Shown: piece after piece, positions 41,651 through 51,910 of the stretch
How positions within the stretch are numbered: position 1 is the stretch's first letter
How the letters are laid out: every line of letters begins with the position of its first letter
Origin: an uncultured delta proteobacterium
GTDB lineage: Bacteria; Desulfobacterota; Binatia; DP-6
Length of the DNA stretch: 64,000 nucleotides
Direction of reading: 5' to 3'
Assembly (NCBI GenBank): GCA_963815115.1
Contig: CAWFFN010000008.1
Span: 672,001-736,000 of the forward strand
The notes under the pieces: model-generated
Told to the model about the DNA's origin: nothing
Databases searched by the model: none
What the model saw: only the letters and a program-made list of their open reading frames with translations
Translations under genes and position numbers: made by a program

Positions 41651-42432
41651 CACCGTTCGCCGTGTACGCGATCCGCTACGCCCACCGGGAGGCTTCGTTG
41701 CGGGGGGAGCACTTCTACCGTGGCGACGCCCGCGCAGCCGACCCCTACCCGATCGACTACTTCGTCTGGGCGGCCGTCTCTCCGGAGGCAACGGTCATCG
41801 TCGATGCGGGTTTCACGCCCGAGACTGCGAAGCGTCGTGGCAACCGCGACTATCTCCAGTCCCCCATGGACACTCTGCGGCAGCTCGGTGTGGAGGCGGG
41901 AGCCGTCGAACACCTCGTCATCACGCATCTGCACTACGACCACGTCGGGCACGTGAGGGATTTTCCCGCTGCCCAGGTCCTGGTGCAGCGGTCCGAGTAC
42001 GGGTTCTGGACGGGGCCGTTTGCGATGCGAGGCGAGTACGGCCACCTGCACGAACGGGAAGACATGGTTTATCTCCGGGAGCAGGCGGCCTCCGGCCGGC
42101 TCCGACTCATCGATGGCGACTTCACCGTCGTGCCCGGTGTCACGCTGCACCCTCTCGGTGGCCATACCCAGGGCCTACAGGTCGTACGTGTCACGACGGC
42201 GGCCGGTCAGGTGGTCCTGGCCTCGGACGCGAGTCATTTCTACGAGAACATCGGCAGCGACCGACCCTACTCGATCGTCGACCACCTCCCCTCCATGTAC
42301 CGGGCGTTCGACCGCATCCGCGAGCTGGCCGACGCGGAAGAGCTCATCATCCCGGGGCATGATCCGGCGGTGCTGAAACGGTTCCCGGCTGCGGCTCCCG
42401 GTCTGGCGGGCCTGGCCGTGCGCGTGGCCTGA
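41647..42432 (+). CDS. N-acyl homoserine lactonase-family metallo-beta-lactamase
   Basis: THLHYDHVG, GGHTQG, ASDASH, PGHDP. Confidence 0.88.
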   Translation: MTPFAVYAIRYAHREASLRGEHFYRGDARAADPYPIDYFVWAAVSPEATVIVDAGFTPETAKRRGNRDYLQSPMDTLRQLGVEAGAVEHLVITHLHYDHVGHVRDFPAAQVLVQRSEYGFWTGPFAMRGEYGHLHEREDMVYLREQAASGRLRLIDGDFTVVPGVTLHPLGGHTQGLQVVRVTTAAGQVVLASDASHFYENIGSDRPYSIVDHLPSMYRAFDRIRELADAEELIIPGHDPAVLKRFPAAAPGLAGLAVRVA

Positions 42433-42469
42433 GAAGACGCGACAACTGGTCCGCACATTACCGGTTAAC

Positions 42470-43035
42470 TCAGGTGTCTACCCGGCCGGGGGCAAGATCA
42501 GGGAGGCTGCAATTGCGAATGGGCACGAGATTCCTGGCCTTCCCGGACCCGTTGGGCCAGCGGGGCCGACCGGGCCCAGCCCGAAACGGCTGGAAAGACC
42601 CGTGGGGGGATTCTCGAGCGTGCGGCGATGGCCACAGGTCGGAGCGCCGAACAAACCTCCATCGTCCCTGGGAAAATCGGCAATCCGCAGCGCGCGGGGC
42701 CGTGTTGCGTTATCCCGTTTCTGCTACCGCCGCCGAAAAACCGTTGCCCGCAAGGGCCAAAGAAGCTTCCCAAGCTGGACGTCGCCGGTTCGACCGCGGT
42801 CGCCCGCTCTTCGTAAGCGCCGTGATTATGTCGGAATCCTCGACCAATTCGGACAGGGGTAGATTTTCGCGGGTGGATTCGGACAGCCGTTCAAGCCGCG
42901 TGAGCGTTCGGCAGGCGCCCCTTCGTGCGCAACCTGAACAATCGGCTCAACGTGATTGATTTCGGCGGGCTTTTTTCCGGCAACGCGATTGGGCCGGCGC
43001 GGAGCGGGTTCGTGCGGCTCACCACCAGCTTCTAG
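42470..43035 (+). pseudogene. Degraded 3' end of a TonB-dependent receptor-like gene
   Basis: Terminal NLNNRLNVIDFGGLFSGNAIGPARSGFVRLTTSF*; upstream frames broken. Confidence 0.5.
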
Positions 43036-43063
43036 GCGACTCCCCAACATCCACAGGCTGCGG

Positions 43064-44116
43064 TCACTGCTTCGCGGAACTCGCCGCCGTAACGTGCGGC
43101 TCGCCGAAATAGGGGAATTCCGCGCGCATTAACCGCCGTTCGGGCGCCACGCCATCGCCGAGGGCCGTGTTGGTGGCCAGGGTGAGGATCACGTCCATCA
43201 CGTCGTCGCAGAGGCCGCGGCCGTTGAATGCGGCAAAGGTGAATGCGGCGGGCGTATCCAATTCGTATGGAAGGACTGCTGGGCAGAGGCGCGCGAGAAG
43301 CTGTGTGGCGTAGGCGGATGGGTCGGCCGCTGAGTGGGCGAGCGCGGTGACTTTTTCCACGAAGTCGCGGATCGGTTTGGAGAACAGCGCCACTTCGTCC
43401 GCCGGGACCGCGCGGTTGTAGTTTTCCGATGCGTCGTGCAGCGAAGGATCGGAGAGCAGGATGTGGGTGATCATCGGCAGGCCCCAACGCGATACCTGCA
43501 CCTCCGGCGCGTGCCCGTAGAGCGATGCGGTGGCCCAGGCGTGCACCACACCACGGCCGATCAGGCTGCTGGGGACCTCGAGGACGATGGCGGTGACATT
43601 CTTGCCGCCGAAGAAGTTCTGGCGATTCTGGAACGCCTCCGGGGCAAACCGATTTTCGGACCACAGAGCTTTTCTGAAGGCACCAAAACCGGCGCCATCG
43701 GTGGCGAACAGGTCGGGCGCGAGGCCTGCGTACGCCAGGCAGCCTTGATCCGCTTTCACCACGCGTCCCGTATTCCCGGAAATGATGAGTTCGCCCGCGG
43801 CGCCTTTCAGCGCGTCCGCTCCGGTGGCGCGCCGGACCTCGAAGGTCTGAACGTGCCGGTGCGCATCGCCATCGGCGTGGGCGGGCGCGCCGAACTGGAC
43901 CTTGAACGCGACGTCTTCGCGAAGATCGCGATTCGTATCGAAGCGAAAGGCGTAGAGGCCCTCGTCACGGAAAGTGTCCGGCGCGCCGACGCCGGCGTTC
44001 GGGTTCACGGTCAGGGCCATTACCGTTGTGCCGGGGCGGCCCCGAAAGAGATAGAAGTCGCAGACGTTGATGCGGGGGTCTTCTTTTGCGGTAGGCGTAT
44101 CGAAATGATGCGACAT
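43064..44116 (-). CDS. DUF4331 family protein
   Basis: MSHHFDTP, DFYLF, YAFRFD, NVTAIVLEVP, NGRGLCDDVMD, FPY. Confidence 0.8.
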   Translation of the reverse strand: MSHHFDTPTAKEDPRINVCDFYLFRGRPGTTVMALTVNPNAGVGAPDTFRDEGLYAFRFDTNRDLREDVAFKVQFGAPAHADGDAHRHVQTFEVRRATGADALKGAAGELIISGNTGRVVKADQGCLAYAGLAPDLFATDGAGFGAFRKALWSENRFAPEAFQNRQNFFGGKNVTAIVLEVPSSLIGRGVVHAWATASLYGHAPEVQVSRWGLPMITHILLSDPSLHDASENYNRAVPADEVALFSKPIRDFVEKVTALAHSAADPSAYATQLLARLCPAVLPYELDTPAAFTFAAFNGRGLCDDVMDVILTLATNTALGDGVAPERRLMRAEFPYFGEPHVTAASSAKQ

Positions 44117-44331
44117 GAGGAATCCCCTCTTTATGATTTGGTTCAAACGACTTTTCCCAGGACGCGAAGAACGTCGCCGGGCGCGACCTCACTGCCGCCG
44201 CTGCTCAGTCCGCGCTGTCCATCCCCATCGCCGAGGTCATCCCGCTCGCCCAGATGGACTACTGGTGCCACGCCTGCGCGCCGCCCTGGCGGACCTGCTG
44301 CCCGCCGACGCCGCTGTCCTTACCGGTGATC

Positions 44332-44733
44332 TCAGCTCTTCGTGACGGCCACGCAGTCGATCTCGATATCGAACGGACCGGTCCACTCCGGGACGCAGAA
44401 GAAGATTCGGGCAGGCGGGTTCTTGGGGAAGTAGCGTTTGTAGATCTCGTTGAAGGTCTTGAAGCGCTCGGCGGATATGCAGAGCACGTTGCACTTCAGC
44501 ACGTGATCGAGGTCCGACCCCGCCGCCTCCAGCGCTGTCTTCATTTGTTCGAGGATGCGCTCGGCCTGGCGCTCGAACGGCGCATGCTGCAGGACCTCGC
44601 CGGTGTCCGGGTCGAAGGGCGGCATGCCGGACATGAACACCATGTCCCCAGCTCGGGTGCAGACCGAGACGGGAGCGCCCCATTTCTCAAAATTGGTGTC
44701 GAACGGTTCGACGCGGATGATCTCTCGTTCCAT
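44332..44733 (-). CDS. RidA/YjgF family protein
   Basis: VFMSG, LEAAGSDLDHVLK, PPAR, IEIDCVA. Confidence 0.9.
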   Translation of the reverse strand: MEREIIRVEPFDTNFEKWGAPVSVCTRAGDMVFMSGMPPFDPDTGEVLQHAPFERQAERILEQMKTALEAAGSDLDHVLKCNVLCISAERFKTFNEIYKRYFPKNPPARIFFCVPEWTGPFDIEIDCVAVTKS

Positions 44734-44769
44734 GGCCTTCCTCCTTTAAGTCGTGATGGCTCACGAAAC

Positions 44770-44914
44770 CCGTGACCGTCTGGACGCGGAGGTCGCCGTC
44801 CTCCCAGACCTGGTCGTTGGGAATGACGCGGTAGATCTCATGCCGCTCCAAGGAAGCCGCAAAGCCCGAGTTGTCAATACACACCGCGAACCGCGTTCGA
44901 GAGCCCTTCCGCAT
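44770..44914 (-). pseudogene. Truncated small conserved protein (TA-associated type)
   Basis: FAVCIDNSGFAASLERHEIYRV..GDLRV, then homology breaks. Confidence 0.5.
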
Positions 44915-45031
44915 GGTGACTAGTTGCCCGGCCGGTTCTGCACGCCAGCAGCTGCCCGCTCTACGCCTCCTTGGCGGTGATCAGGTTCGGTTGGCACGGA
45001 GTTTCGAGTCGGGTCCTTCAGGGGGCGTCAC

Positions 45032-45229
45032 CTAGCCGTTCATCGAGAACGTCACACTCCGCGGCTCCTCCACACGCTGAGACGCGTCGAGCACCTCGAT
45101 GGACAGCAGGTTGCCCGCCTCGTCGTAGTCGAGGATCACGCCCGGCTTGTCCTCGTCACTCTCGGCCACCACGCCTTCGCGAAGCGTGACCGTCAGCGTG
45201 TCCGTCTCGCCGTCGTATTCGACCTTCAT
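45032..45229 (-). CDS. DUF2283 protein (putative antitoxin)
   Basis: YDGETDTLTV..ESDE..GVILDYDEAGNLLSIEVLDAS. Confidence 0.88.
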   Translation of the reverse strand: MKVEYDGETDTLTVTLREGVVAESDEDKPGVILDYDEAGNLLSIEVLDASQRVEEPRSVTFSMNG

Positions 45230-45379
45230 GTGACTCTCCAGTCCTCAATAAGCCTGCTCGCCCGATACTCGTGACCGAGGGAGTAGTACCGCGGAGCAGT
45301 TGCGCCGGGAGTGGTGCAGCGCCAGGGGCAATGATCGGGCGGGTTCGAGGCGATGGCTCGAACGGCGAGCGGCCGCCGC

Positions 45380-45604
45380 CTACGCCACGACGTAATGGCG
45401 AACATGTACCTGCACGCCCGCCTGCGCTGCGGCGTCGGCCGTCTTGAGCAGCTCGGCCGTCGTCGTCCCATCGAGATACTCCTCGCCACAGTTGTCGCAG
45501 ACGCGCGCGGGCACCCCCCGGACAACGACGATGGCTCCACCGCGCTCTAGCGTCACGCTTGCCTTCCCGGGTTGGATCTCGCCCTGTCGGCAGATGACAC
45601 ACAT
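45380..45604 (-). CDS. YgiT/MqsA-type Zn-finger protein
   Basis: CVIC..VPARVCDNCGEEY. Confidence 0.85.
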   Translation of the reverse strand: MCVICRQGEIQPGKASVTLERGGAIVVVRGVPARVCDNCGEEYLDGTTTAELLKTADAAAQAGVQVHVRHYVVA

Positions 45605-45712
45605 GATGGCTTCTTCCTCCTCGTGAACCCGTCTCCCAGCCCGCCGTCACGGCCGGCGAGGGCTCCCCGACGACCGTGGCGGTCCGAACAGTGCCCTGCT
45701 ACCGTATGCCCC

Positions 45713-45931
45713 ATGCGGCTTGCCAGTGCCCGGGTGGTCAGGGGTTCGATCGTCACACGCGCGAGGTTCCCCGACGGGACACGCCTGACGCTCGTTCCTC
45801 ACGACGACGGACCACCGGTCGGCCTCGACCCCGACGAGGAAGCCGGGGTGCTCAAGGGGATATCCGAGATTGCGTCGGGCCGAGGCATCCCGGCGCGCAC
45901 CGTTCGTCGGAAGCTTCGCCGCCGCCCCTGA
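45713..45931 (+). CDS. Putative antitoxin
   Basis: LDPDEEAGVLKGISEIASGRGIPA; precedes a ParE fragment. Confidence 0.6.
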   Translation: MRLASARVVRGSIVTRARFPDGTRLTLVPHDDGPPVGLDPDEEAGVLKGISEIASGRGIPARTVRRKLRRRP

Positions 45932-45954
45932 CCGCCGTAGGGGAAGACTCAGGC

Positions 45955-46080
45955 GGTACCTCCCTACGCCGCCACCGTTGCGCCGATCGCCAATGCACAG
46001 ATCGAAGCCGCGCTGCTGTGGTGGAGTCGCAACCGACCAGCGTCCCGAGGCTTGCTTGCGAACGAAGTTGATCGTGCCAC
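45955..46080 (+). pseudogene. RelE/ParE toxin N-terminal fragment
   Basis: ANAQIEAALLWWSRNRPASRGLLANEVDRA. Confidence 0.6.
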
Positions 46081-46130
46081 GAATCAAGATGTGATCGGCA
46101 AGTCGCGTGACACGACCGGTTGTGAGATGG

Positions 46131-46149
46131 TCGACTCACGATGAGTCGA
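46131..46149. promoter_or_regulatory. Palindromic operator upstream of the DHFR-like gene
   Basis: TCGACTCA-CGA-TGAGTCGA. Confidence 0.55.
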
Positions 46150-46181
46150 ATCTGTACTGAGGAGAACTCCAGATTCGCAGC

Positions 46182-46736
46182 GTGACCTACTCGATGGCCG
46201 TGTCGCTGGACGGCTACGTCGTCGGGCCGGACGGGTCCTTCGACTGGATGGCACCGGACGAGGAGGTCTTTAACCTAGCCACCGACGAGGTACGCAAGGT
46301 CGGAGTCCATCTGCTTGGACGACGGCTGTACGAAACCATGCTGTACTGGGAGACCGCCGACCAGAACCCGTCGCTCGACTACTCGACGCTCGAATTCGCC
46401 GCGATCTGGAGGGCGCTCCCGAAGGTTGTGTTCTCCACCACGCTGTCGGCGGTACAGGGAAACGCCCGCCTGGCGTCCGGCGGTCTAGAGGAGGAGATCG
46501 AGCGTTTGCGAGCCGAAGCGGCGGAGGGCGACATCGCGATCGGCGGCGCGACGCTCGCCACCGAGGCGGCCGCGTTGGGTCTCATCGACGAGTATCGGAT
46601 CAGGGTCTTGCCGGTGCTGGTGGGCGGTGGCCGTCCCTTCTTTCCCCAACGCGAGGACCGGGTGAACCTCGAACTCATCGAGTCCCGTACCCTCAATTCG
46701 AGAGTGGTCTACCTCCGCTACCGCGTGGCCCGCTAG
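46182..46736 (+). CDS. Dihydrofolate reductase / RibD C-terminal family protein
   Basis: MAVSLDGY, LLGRRLYE, PKVVFS, GGATLA, LIDEY, PVLVGGG. Confidence 0.9.
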   Translation: MTYSMAVSLDGYVVGPDGSFDWMAPDEEVFNLATDEVRKVGVHLLGRRLYETMLYWETADQNPSLDYSTLEFAAIWRALPKVVFSTTLSAVQGNARLASGGLEEEIERLRAEAAEGDIAIGGATLATEAAALGLIDEYRIRVLPVLVGGGRPFFPQREDRVNLELIESRTLNSRVVYLRYRVAR

Positions 46737-46929
46737 CCGACTCGTCCCGCCGAGCACAAGAAGGGACACGCCAGCCAACGGCAAACCGATCCACAGGTCT
46801 TGACTATTGCTCTTCGAATTCGCGGGCGGCCGATAGTAAGGACAACCCTGCGACTCAACAACGGGACACCTTGCCGAGATCTGAAATATGTCTGCTTCGG
46901 CGGGCGGGGGGGACTGAGGAGCCTGCGTT

Positions 46930-48477
46930 ATGCGCGGAAGACATCACCTGAAACTACTCTCCACTATGGCCGCATTGGGCCTGGTGGCCACGGCCGCTGT
47001 CACTGCCTGTTCCCGACAGGCTGAGAAGCCGTCCTATTCGTACGAGACGGCGCCGTGTCCGAATCCGAACATCCCCGAGATCGGCCCCGCCGCCAATCTT
47101 GGGCCGGAATTCACGTGCGGGTACCTGACCGTTCCGGAGAATCGTGACAAGCCGGATGGGCGCAAGACTCGTGTCGCGGTCGCCCACGCCAAGGCGGCCT
47201 CGGCCACACCGAAGCCGGACCCGATCATCTTCCTGACCCACGGGCCGGGCGGAATCGCGTTCCTCGACGCCGTCAGCCAGGTGGCCGCCGGCATGAACGC
47301 CGACCGGGACGTCTACTTCGCCGCCCAACGCGGCAACTACCACTCCGAGCCCCAGCTCACCTGTCCCGACTACGACACGTTCACCGACCAGACGGCCATC
47401 AGCCTAAAATTCGTGGCCCCATCCAACGGCGCTCAAGATCTAGAAGCCGTCAAGGCCTGCCGTGACCACCTGGCGGCCACCGGCGCCGACCTGGCCGCCT
47501 ACAACACCGTGGAAAACGCCGCCGACATCGCTGACCTGCGTAAGGCCTTGGGGATCAAGGAGTGGAACGTCTACGGCGTGTCTTATGGGACGAACGTGGC
47601 CCAGGTGCTCCTGCGCGATCACCCGGAAGGTATCCGCAGCATGGTGCTCGACTCGGTCTCGCCACTGAATCAGAACCTTTTCAAAGAGGGATGGCCGGCT
47701 TCCGCGGGCATGTACCAGGCCATCTTCGACGCCTGCGCCAGCCAGCCGGTGTGTGCGGCGGCCTACCCAAACCTGAAAGAGGAATTCACGGCTACCGTCA
47801 GCCGCCTCAACCAGACCCCGCTCGTCGCGACCGCGAACAACGCTCAGGGTCAGCCGGTACAGGTCAATATCGACGGCTACACCCTTGCCTGGCTGGTGAG
47901 CGGCCAAAGTTATTCGGGACCGAGCGGGTTCGCCACGATCCCCAGCATGATCCACGCGGCGGCCAACGGTGATGGCAGCAAGGCCGCGGCTGCCCGGGTC
48001 GCACGCATTGTCCCGCCGGGGCTGCTCGGCTACGGCTTGGCGTTCGGGGCCTACTGCCGGGAGATTGCGTCGTGGACCAGTGAGGACGAGGTCCTAGCGG
48101 CGGGCAAGGCGGTTCTACCGGGCTTCCCCGATGAGGTGCTCCGAACGGTCATGGTGTCCGGACGGGTGTTCAGCGAATGCGCCGCCTGGAACGTCGGCAA
48201 CGCGACAGCCGCTGAGCGCGCTCCCGTTGAAAGCGATGTGCCGTCCCTGCTCATGGGCGGAACCTTCGACGCGGTCACACCCGCTAAGTGGACCGAGGTC
48301 GTGGCGAAGGGCCTGAAGAACTCCGAGGTGATTCCGATCCCAGGGGCCGGACACAGTGTGATCACACAGTCGCCGTGCGCGCGCTCTATGATGAACGCGT
48401 TCTTCAACGATCCGACCCATCCCGTCGACCGCTCGTGCATAAACGACATCACGATACCGCCGTTTGCGACGTCCTGA
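46930..48477 (+). CDS. TAP-like alpha/beta hydrolase lipoprotein (S33)
   Basis: Lipobox VTAC; CGYLTVPENR, HGPGG, GVSYG, FDAVTP, GH. Confidence 0.88.
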   Translation: MRGRHHLKLLSTMAALGLVATAAVTACSRQAEKPSYSYETAPCPNPNIPEIGPAANLGPEFTCGYLTVPENRDKPDGRKTRVAVAHAKAASATPKPDPIIFLTHGPGGIAFLDAVSQVAAGMNADRDVYFAAQRGNYHSEPQLTCPDYDTFTDQTAISLKFVAPSNGAQDLEAVKACRDHLAATGADLAAYNTVENAADIADLRKALGIKEWNVYGVSYGTNVAQVLLRDHPEGIRSMVLDSVSPLNQNLFKEGWPASAGMYQAIFDACASQPVCAAAYPNLKEEFTATVSRLNQTPLVATANNAQGQPVQVNIDGYTLAWLVSGQSYSGPSGFATIPSMIHAAANGDGSKAAAARVARIVPPGLLGYGLAFGAYCREIASWTSEDEVLAAGKAVLPGFPDEVLRTVMVSGRVFSECAAWNVGNATAAERAPVESDVPSLLMGGTFDAVTPAKWTEVVAKGLKNSEVIPIPGAGHSVITQSPCARSMMNAFFNDPTHPVDRSCINDITIPPFATS

Positions 48478-48762
48478 TCGCGCTATTCGAGACGTCCTGA
48501 CCGATAGCGCGACGACACCCATCCGCTTGGGTTCGCGTGCTGTGGTCCCGTCGGAACAAGGTTGGTGACCGTCGAATAACACCGATTCGGTATGCACGCG
48601 GGCGAACTCTGCGAGCCCCGTGGACCGGTTGCTTACCCGCTCATGTCGCACATCACACGACGGCACGCCGACGCTGCACGTCGGATTCTGTGCCGGAGCC
48701 ACTCGCGGCCGGCCGGAGGCGGCAGTCCGTCGCGCGACCGGCCATCGACGCCACTCCCGATC

Positions 48763-48937
48763 GCTTGCAAACTGCTTGCAAACCGTAGCGTACATTGAGT
48801 GACAAATGCGTCGCGGGCACACCAGGAATCGCCAGGTCGTCTGACGAGAATCGTAGCGGAGTCGCGGTATTGGCGTCCCACGAGGTGCAAATGGTAGCGA
48901 TATGCTGACACCCGCCGGAGCGCTTCGTAATCAGTAG
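48763..48937 (+). repeat. Second-type att remnant
   Basis: GCTTGCAAAC x2 (48763, 48774); CACCCGCCGGAG (reverse complement of the tRNA 3' end); core TTCGTAATCAGTAG at 48924. Confidence 0.7.
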
Positions 48938-49061
48938 TTTTTCATCGGCCGGGCCGACCCCGCGGGATGAAGCGTGGGGAGCGAGCGCGCTAGGATTGGC
49001 CGTGGCGACGGCACAGAGGTCGGCGACGTCCATGGTGCGCAGAGCCCGTTCAGTAGTTGGA

Positions 49062-49320
49062 CCTGTACCGCCCGTGCGCATCCAGGCGCTGCGCGACCTC
49101 ACGCGCACCCGCAAGCAGCTCGTGCGCGAAGTCGCGCAGCACTCGCTGCGCATCCAGAAGGTCCTGGAAGACGCCAACCTCAAGGTCGCCAGCGTCCTCT
49201 CCAACATCCTCGGCAAGAGCGGGCGCGCCATGCTGGCCGCGCTCATCGCCGGCGAGACCGATCCCGAGCGCCTCGCCGCCCTCGCGCAGGGGACCGCCCG
49301 CCAGAAGCACGCGGCCCTGG
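49062..49320 (+). pseudogene. IS110 transposase internal fragment
   Basis: PPVRIQALRDLTRTRKQLV..RIQKVLEDANLK..GKSGRAML. Confidence 0.85.
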
Positions 49321-49324
49321 GGAT

Positions 49325-49481
49325 GGTGCGTGCCCACTGCCGCAAGGGCCCGAGCGCGCGCTCGACACGCTCGAGCGGCCCCGCCGGGCTGCGCGCCACG
49401 TCGATTGCCTGCTTGGCCACGTCGATGCCGATCCATACCGGTCTCCCCGCCCGCGCGGTTCGATTCCCCCCCTGCCTCCAC
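49325..49481 (-). pseudogene. IS110 transposase N-terminal fragment (different element)
   Basis: VWIGIDVAKQAIDVA. Confidence 0.75.
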
Positions 49482-49917
49482 CTAATTTCGCAGAGGCTGT
49501 TGAGAGGCTCCCAGCCGCAGAAAGGCCCGGTTCTACAGGCCGGCGCGGCTCCAGATGGTGTGTGCGGGTGATCCTGAATCCTGCGCGTCTTCCTGGATGA
49601 GGAAGGAGCCCCGTCCAGGTGACCTGAGCTCGAACGATCGAGAGCGCCCTTGCGGCTCCAGCCGCTCGCCGGCATCGTGCACGTCCGTGGATCCGGGGCC
49701 GATTCGAACGATGCTCGCGCGCGGGAAATCGGGAGGTCTCGGCGTCCCACGTCGAGGAATCGCGCGGGGCGTAGGGGCCGATATCCGCGTGTGTCGCTCG
49801 CGGTTCCTCCGGTACGCCACGGTGAAACGTCCTTACGAGGGGCGGCGGCACGATGTTCGCGAGCTCGCTCCACTTCCTCGCTTGCCGTTGGAGCGTGCCA
49901 TTCCGGTCCCGCACCCG

Positions 49918-51033
49918 GTGTTCCGCCGTCGCGCGCGTCTGCGCGCGCCGCTGGTCGCCGTCATGCTCGCGATCGGCGGATCCGCCGGCGCCGGCGGCGT
50001 GGGAACCGACCTCTCCTCGCTGAACTTCTGCCTCTACGGCGACTGCGAGGCGCGCGGCACCTACGCCGCCGATCCCTGGGGGTTCTCTAATCCCGGTACC
50101 CTTCCACTCGCGGTGCACAACCACCTCATCTCACGCGGCGTGGTGCTGAGCGGCAGCTACTTTCATCTGGACGTGGGCGGGGTCGCGGGCGACATCGGCT
50201 CGGGAGTGGTCACCGGCGCCTGGGAGCCGGTGGTCGTCCAGGTGGCCACCGCGTACGCTGAGGCCGAGGGGCCGGTCGAGGGACTGCCCGGCGTCAGGAT
50301 GACTTTCCGGACCACCGCCGTTCGGCTCGCGGCGGGTATCGACGCGGAGCGCGTGCTCGGGTTGCGCGGGCTGTGTCTGGGACTTGCGGGCGTCGTCCCC
50401 GGCACCACCAGCGACGTCGGCCTCAGCGCCGGCGGCCAGCGGTTCGCCCACTCCGAGGAGACGCGCGCCCTCGAGCTCGTCCCTGGATTCAACTGGCACG
50501 GAGGCGAGCGCGACTGGCTCATGCTGGGCGGCCTCGCCGACGTCCTGCGCAACGACGTGTCGACGCAGGGTTTCGATCCGGCTACCGGGCACCCCTTCCG
50601 GAGCGAGGGGACGACGAACACGTTGTTCGCCCGCGTCGGGACGAGCCTGCTGCCGTTCGTGCCGCTCCGATTGGCCGACGGCGCCGGGCTGCGAGCGCAG
50701 TGGCTGTCGGAGCTGCGGCTCGGGATCGACGTCGAGTACCGGAACATCGCCGTGCCGGGCGAGGGCAGCACCGACGGCGCAACGGCTTATTTTGGCGTGG
50801 ACGGACCGCTCGTGCCCGACGCCTGGAACCCGCTCGCGCGGTGGATGCGGCTCTGGATGCTCGGTGGCGTCGACACGCGCGGCGGCTGGGGCATCGGCGC
50901 CGGGCTCTATGGCGCGGGAGCGCTGCGGTTTCTCGGCTGCAACCCAGCCTACTCGTCGCGGCCGCTCACCCAGGTGATCGGCGACCGGGTGGACACGTTC
51001 GCGGTGACCTGCAGCGCGATGTTCCCCTTGTAG
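49918..51033 (+). CDS. Hypothetical exported protein, probable outer-membrane beta-barrel
   Basis: Signal-like N-terminus, many alternating beta strands, aromatic C-terminus; start uncertain. Confidence 0.6.
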   Translation: MFRRRARLRAPLVAVMLAIGGSAGAGGVGTDLSSLNFCLYGDCEARGTYAADPWGFSNPGTLPLAVHNHLISRGVVLSGSYFHLDVGGVAGDIGSGVVTGAWEPVVVQVATAYAEAEGPVEGLPGVRMTFRTTAVRLAAGIDAERVLGLRGLCLGLAGVVPGTTSDVGLSAGGQRFAHSEETRALELVPGFNWHGGERDWLMLGGLADVLRNDVSTQGFDPATGHPFRSEGTTNTLFARVGTSLLPFVPLRLADGAGLRAQWLSELRLGIDVEYRNIAVPGEGSTDGATAYFGVDGPLVPDAWNPLARWMRLWMLGGVDTRGGWGIGAGLYGAGALRFLGCNPAYSSRPLTQVIGDRVDTFAVTCSAMFPL

Positions 51034-51404
51034 GCTACACGTCCGCCGCAAGAAAGGAGGACGACCCTGAGGATTCACGCGCATCGCCGTGCGGATCTCC
51101 GTTGAAGCTGAAGCGTTACTGACGGAAGAAGTCCCATACCGGGACTGACTCAACCTCACGGTTTCGTGGGGAAGTGCGGTCTCGGGCGCGCTACGGTGCT
51201 GCGCCCCTGGATGCCGTGACGGCCGCGCGGTGGCGCGAGAAGTCGCCGACTTCCTCAACGCCGCAAGGGGTGAACACTGGGGGCTATGGGTGGGCTATGG
51301 GGCGTCTAGATCGGCAGGATATCTCACAGGCGCGGGGCTTCGATGCGACACTCGGCTGCGGATCCGGTCGACGCAGTCGTACGCGTGGAGCGCTCGCTCG
51401 CCGG

Positions 51405-51750
51405 AGTGGCGGGCGACGATCGCTTCGTCACGCTCCTCTGCATGGTCCTCGATCCCACGATCAGTTGTTGACGGTCGTCAACGCGGGGCACCTGCCGCCT
51501 CTCGTGCGGCATCGAGTCGGTCATGTCGAGGAGATCGGCGAAGAGCCAGCGGGGTTGCCCCTGAACGTGTTGCCGGGCAGCGTCCCGCCCCGGGCAGCGA
51601 CGACCCGGCCGGAGCCCGGTGCGGTTGTGCTCGCCGTCACCGACGGCGTCACCGAGCGATGGACTCGCACGGACGCGTCTTCGGGCTCGAGCGGCTTCGG
51701 TCTCTGTTGGCCCGCCCGGAGGCGGGGCGCGGTACCCCCGGAGTTGTGAG
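51405..51750 (+). pseudogene. SpoIIE/PP2C phosphatase fragment
   Basis: DRFVTL, VNAGHLPP, GLPLNV, TDGVTE, FGLERL across frames. Confidence 0.75.
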
Positions 51751-51905
51751 CGCGTGCCCCGGCGCGCAGCGCGCGCGCATGGAGGCGCGCTCCGCCATTC
51801 CCGCCTTGCTCGCGCGGTTTCCCCGCCTCGCGCTCGGCGGCGAGCCGTGTGGCGGCGGACGATCGTCCTGCACGGCCTCGAGCGGCTCCCCGTACGCCGT
51901 GACCG
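51750..51905 (+). pseudogene. Cytochrome P450 C-terminal fragment
   Basis: ACPGAQRARMEA..LLARFPRL; LHGLERLPV. Confidence 0.65.
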
Positions 51906-51910
51906 CGCCG

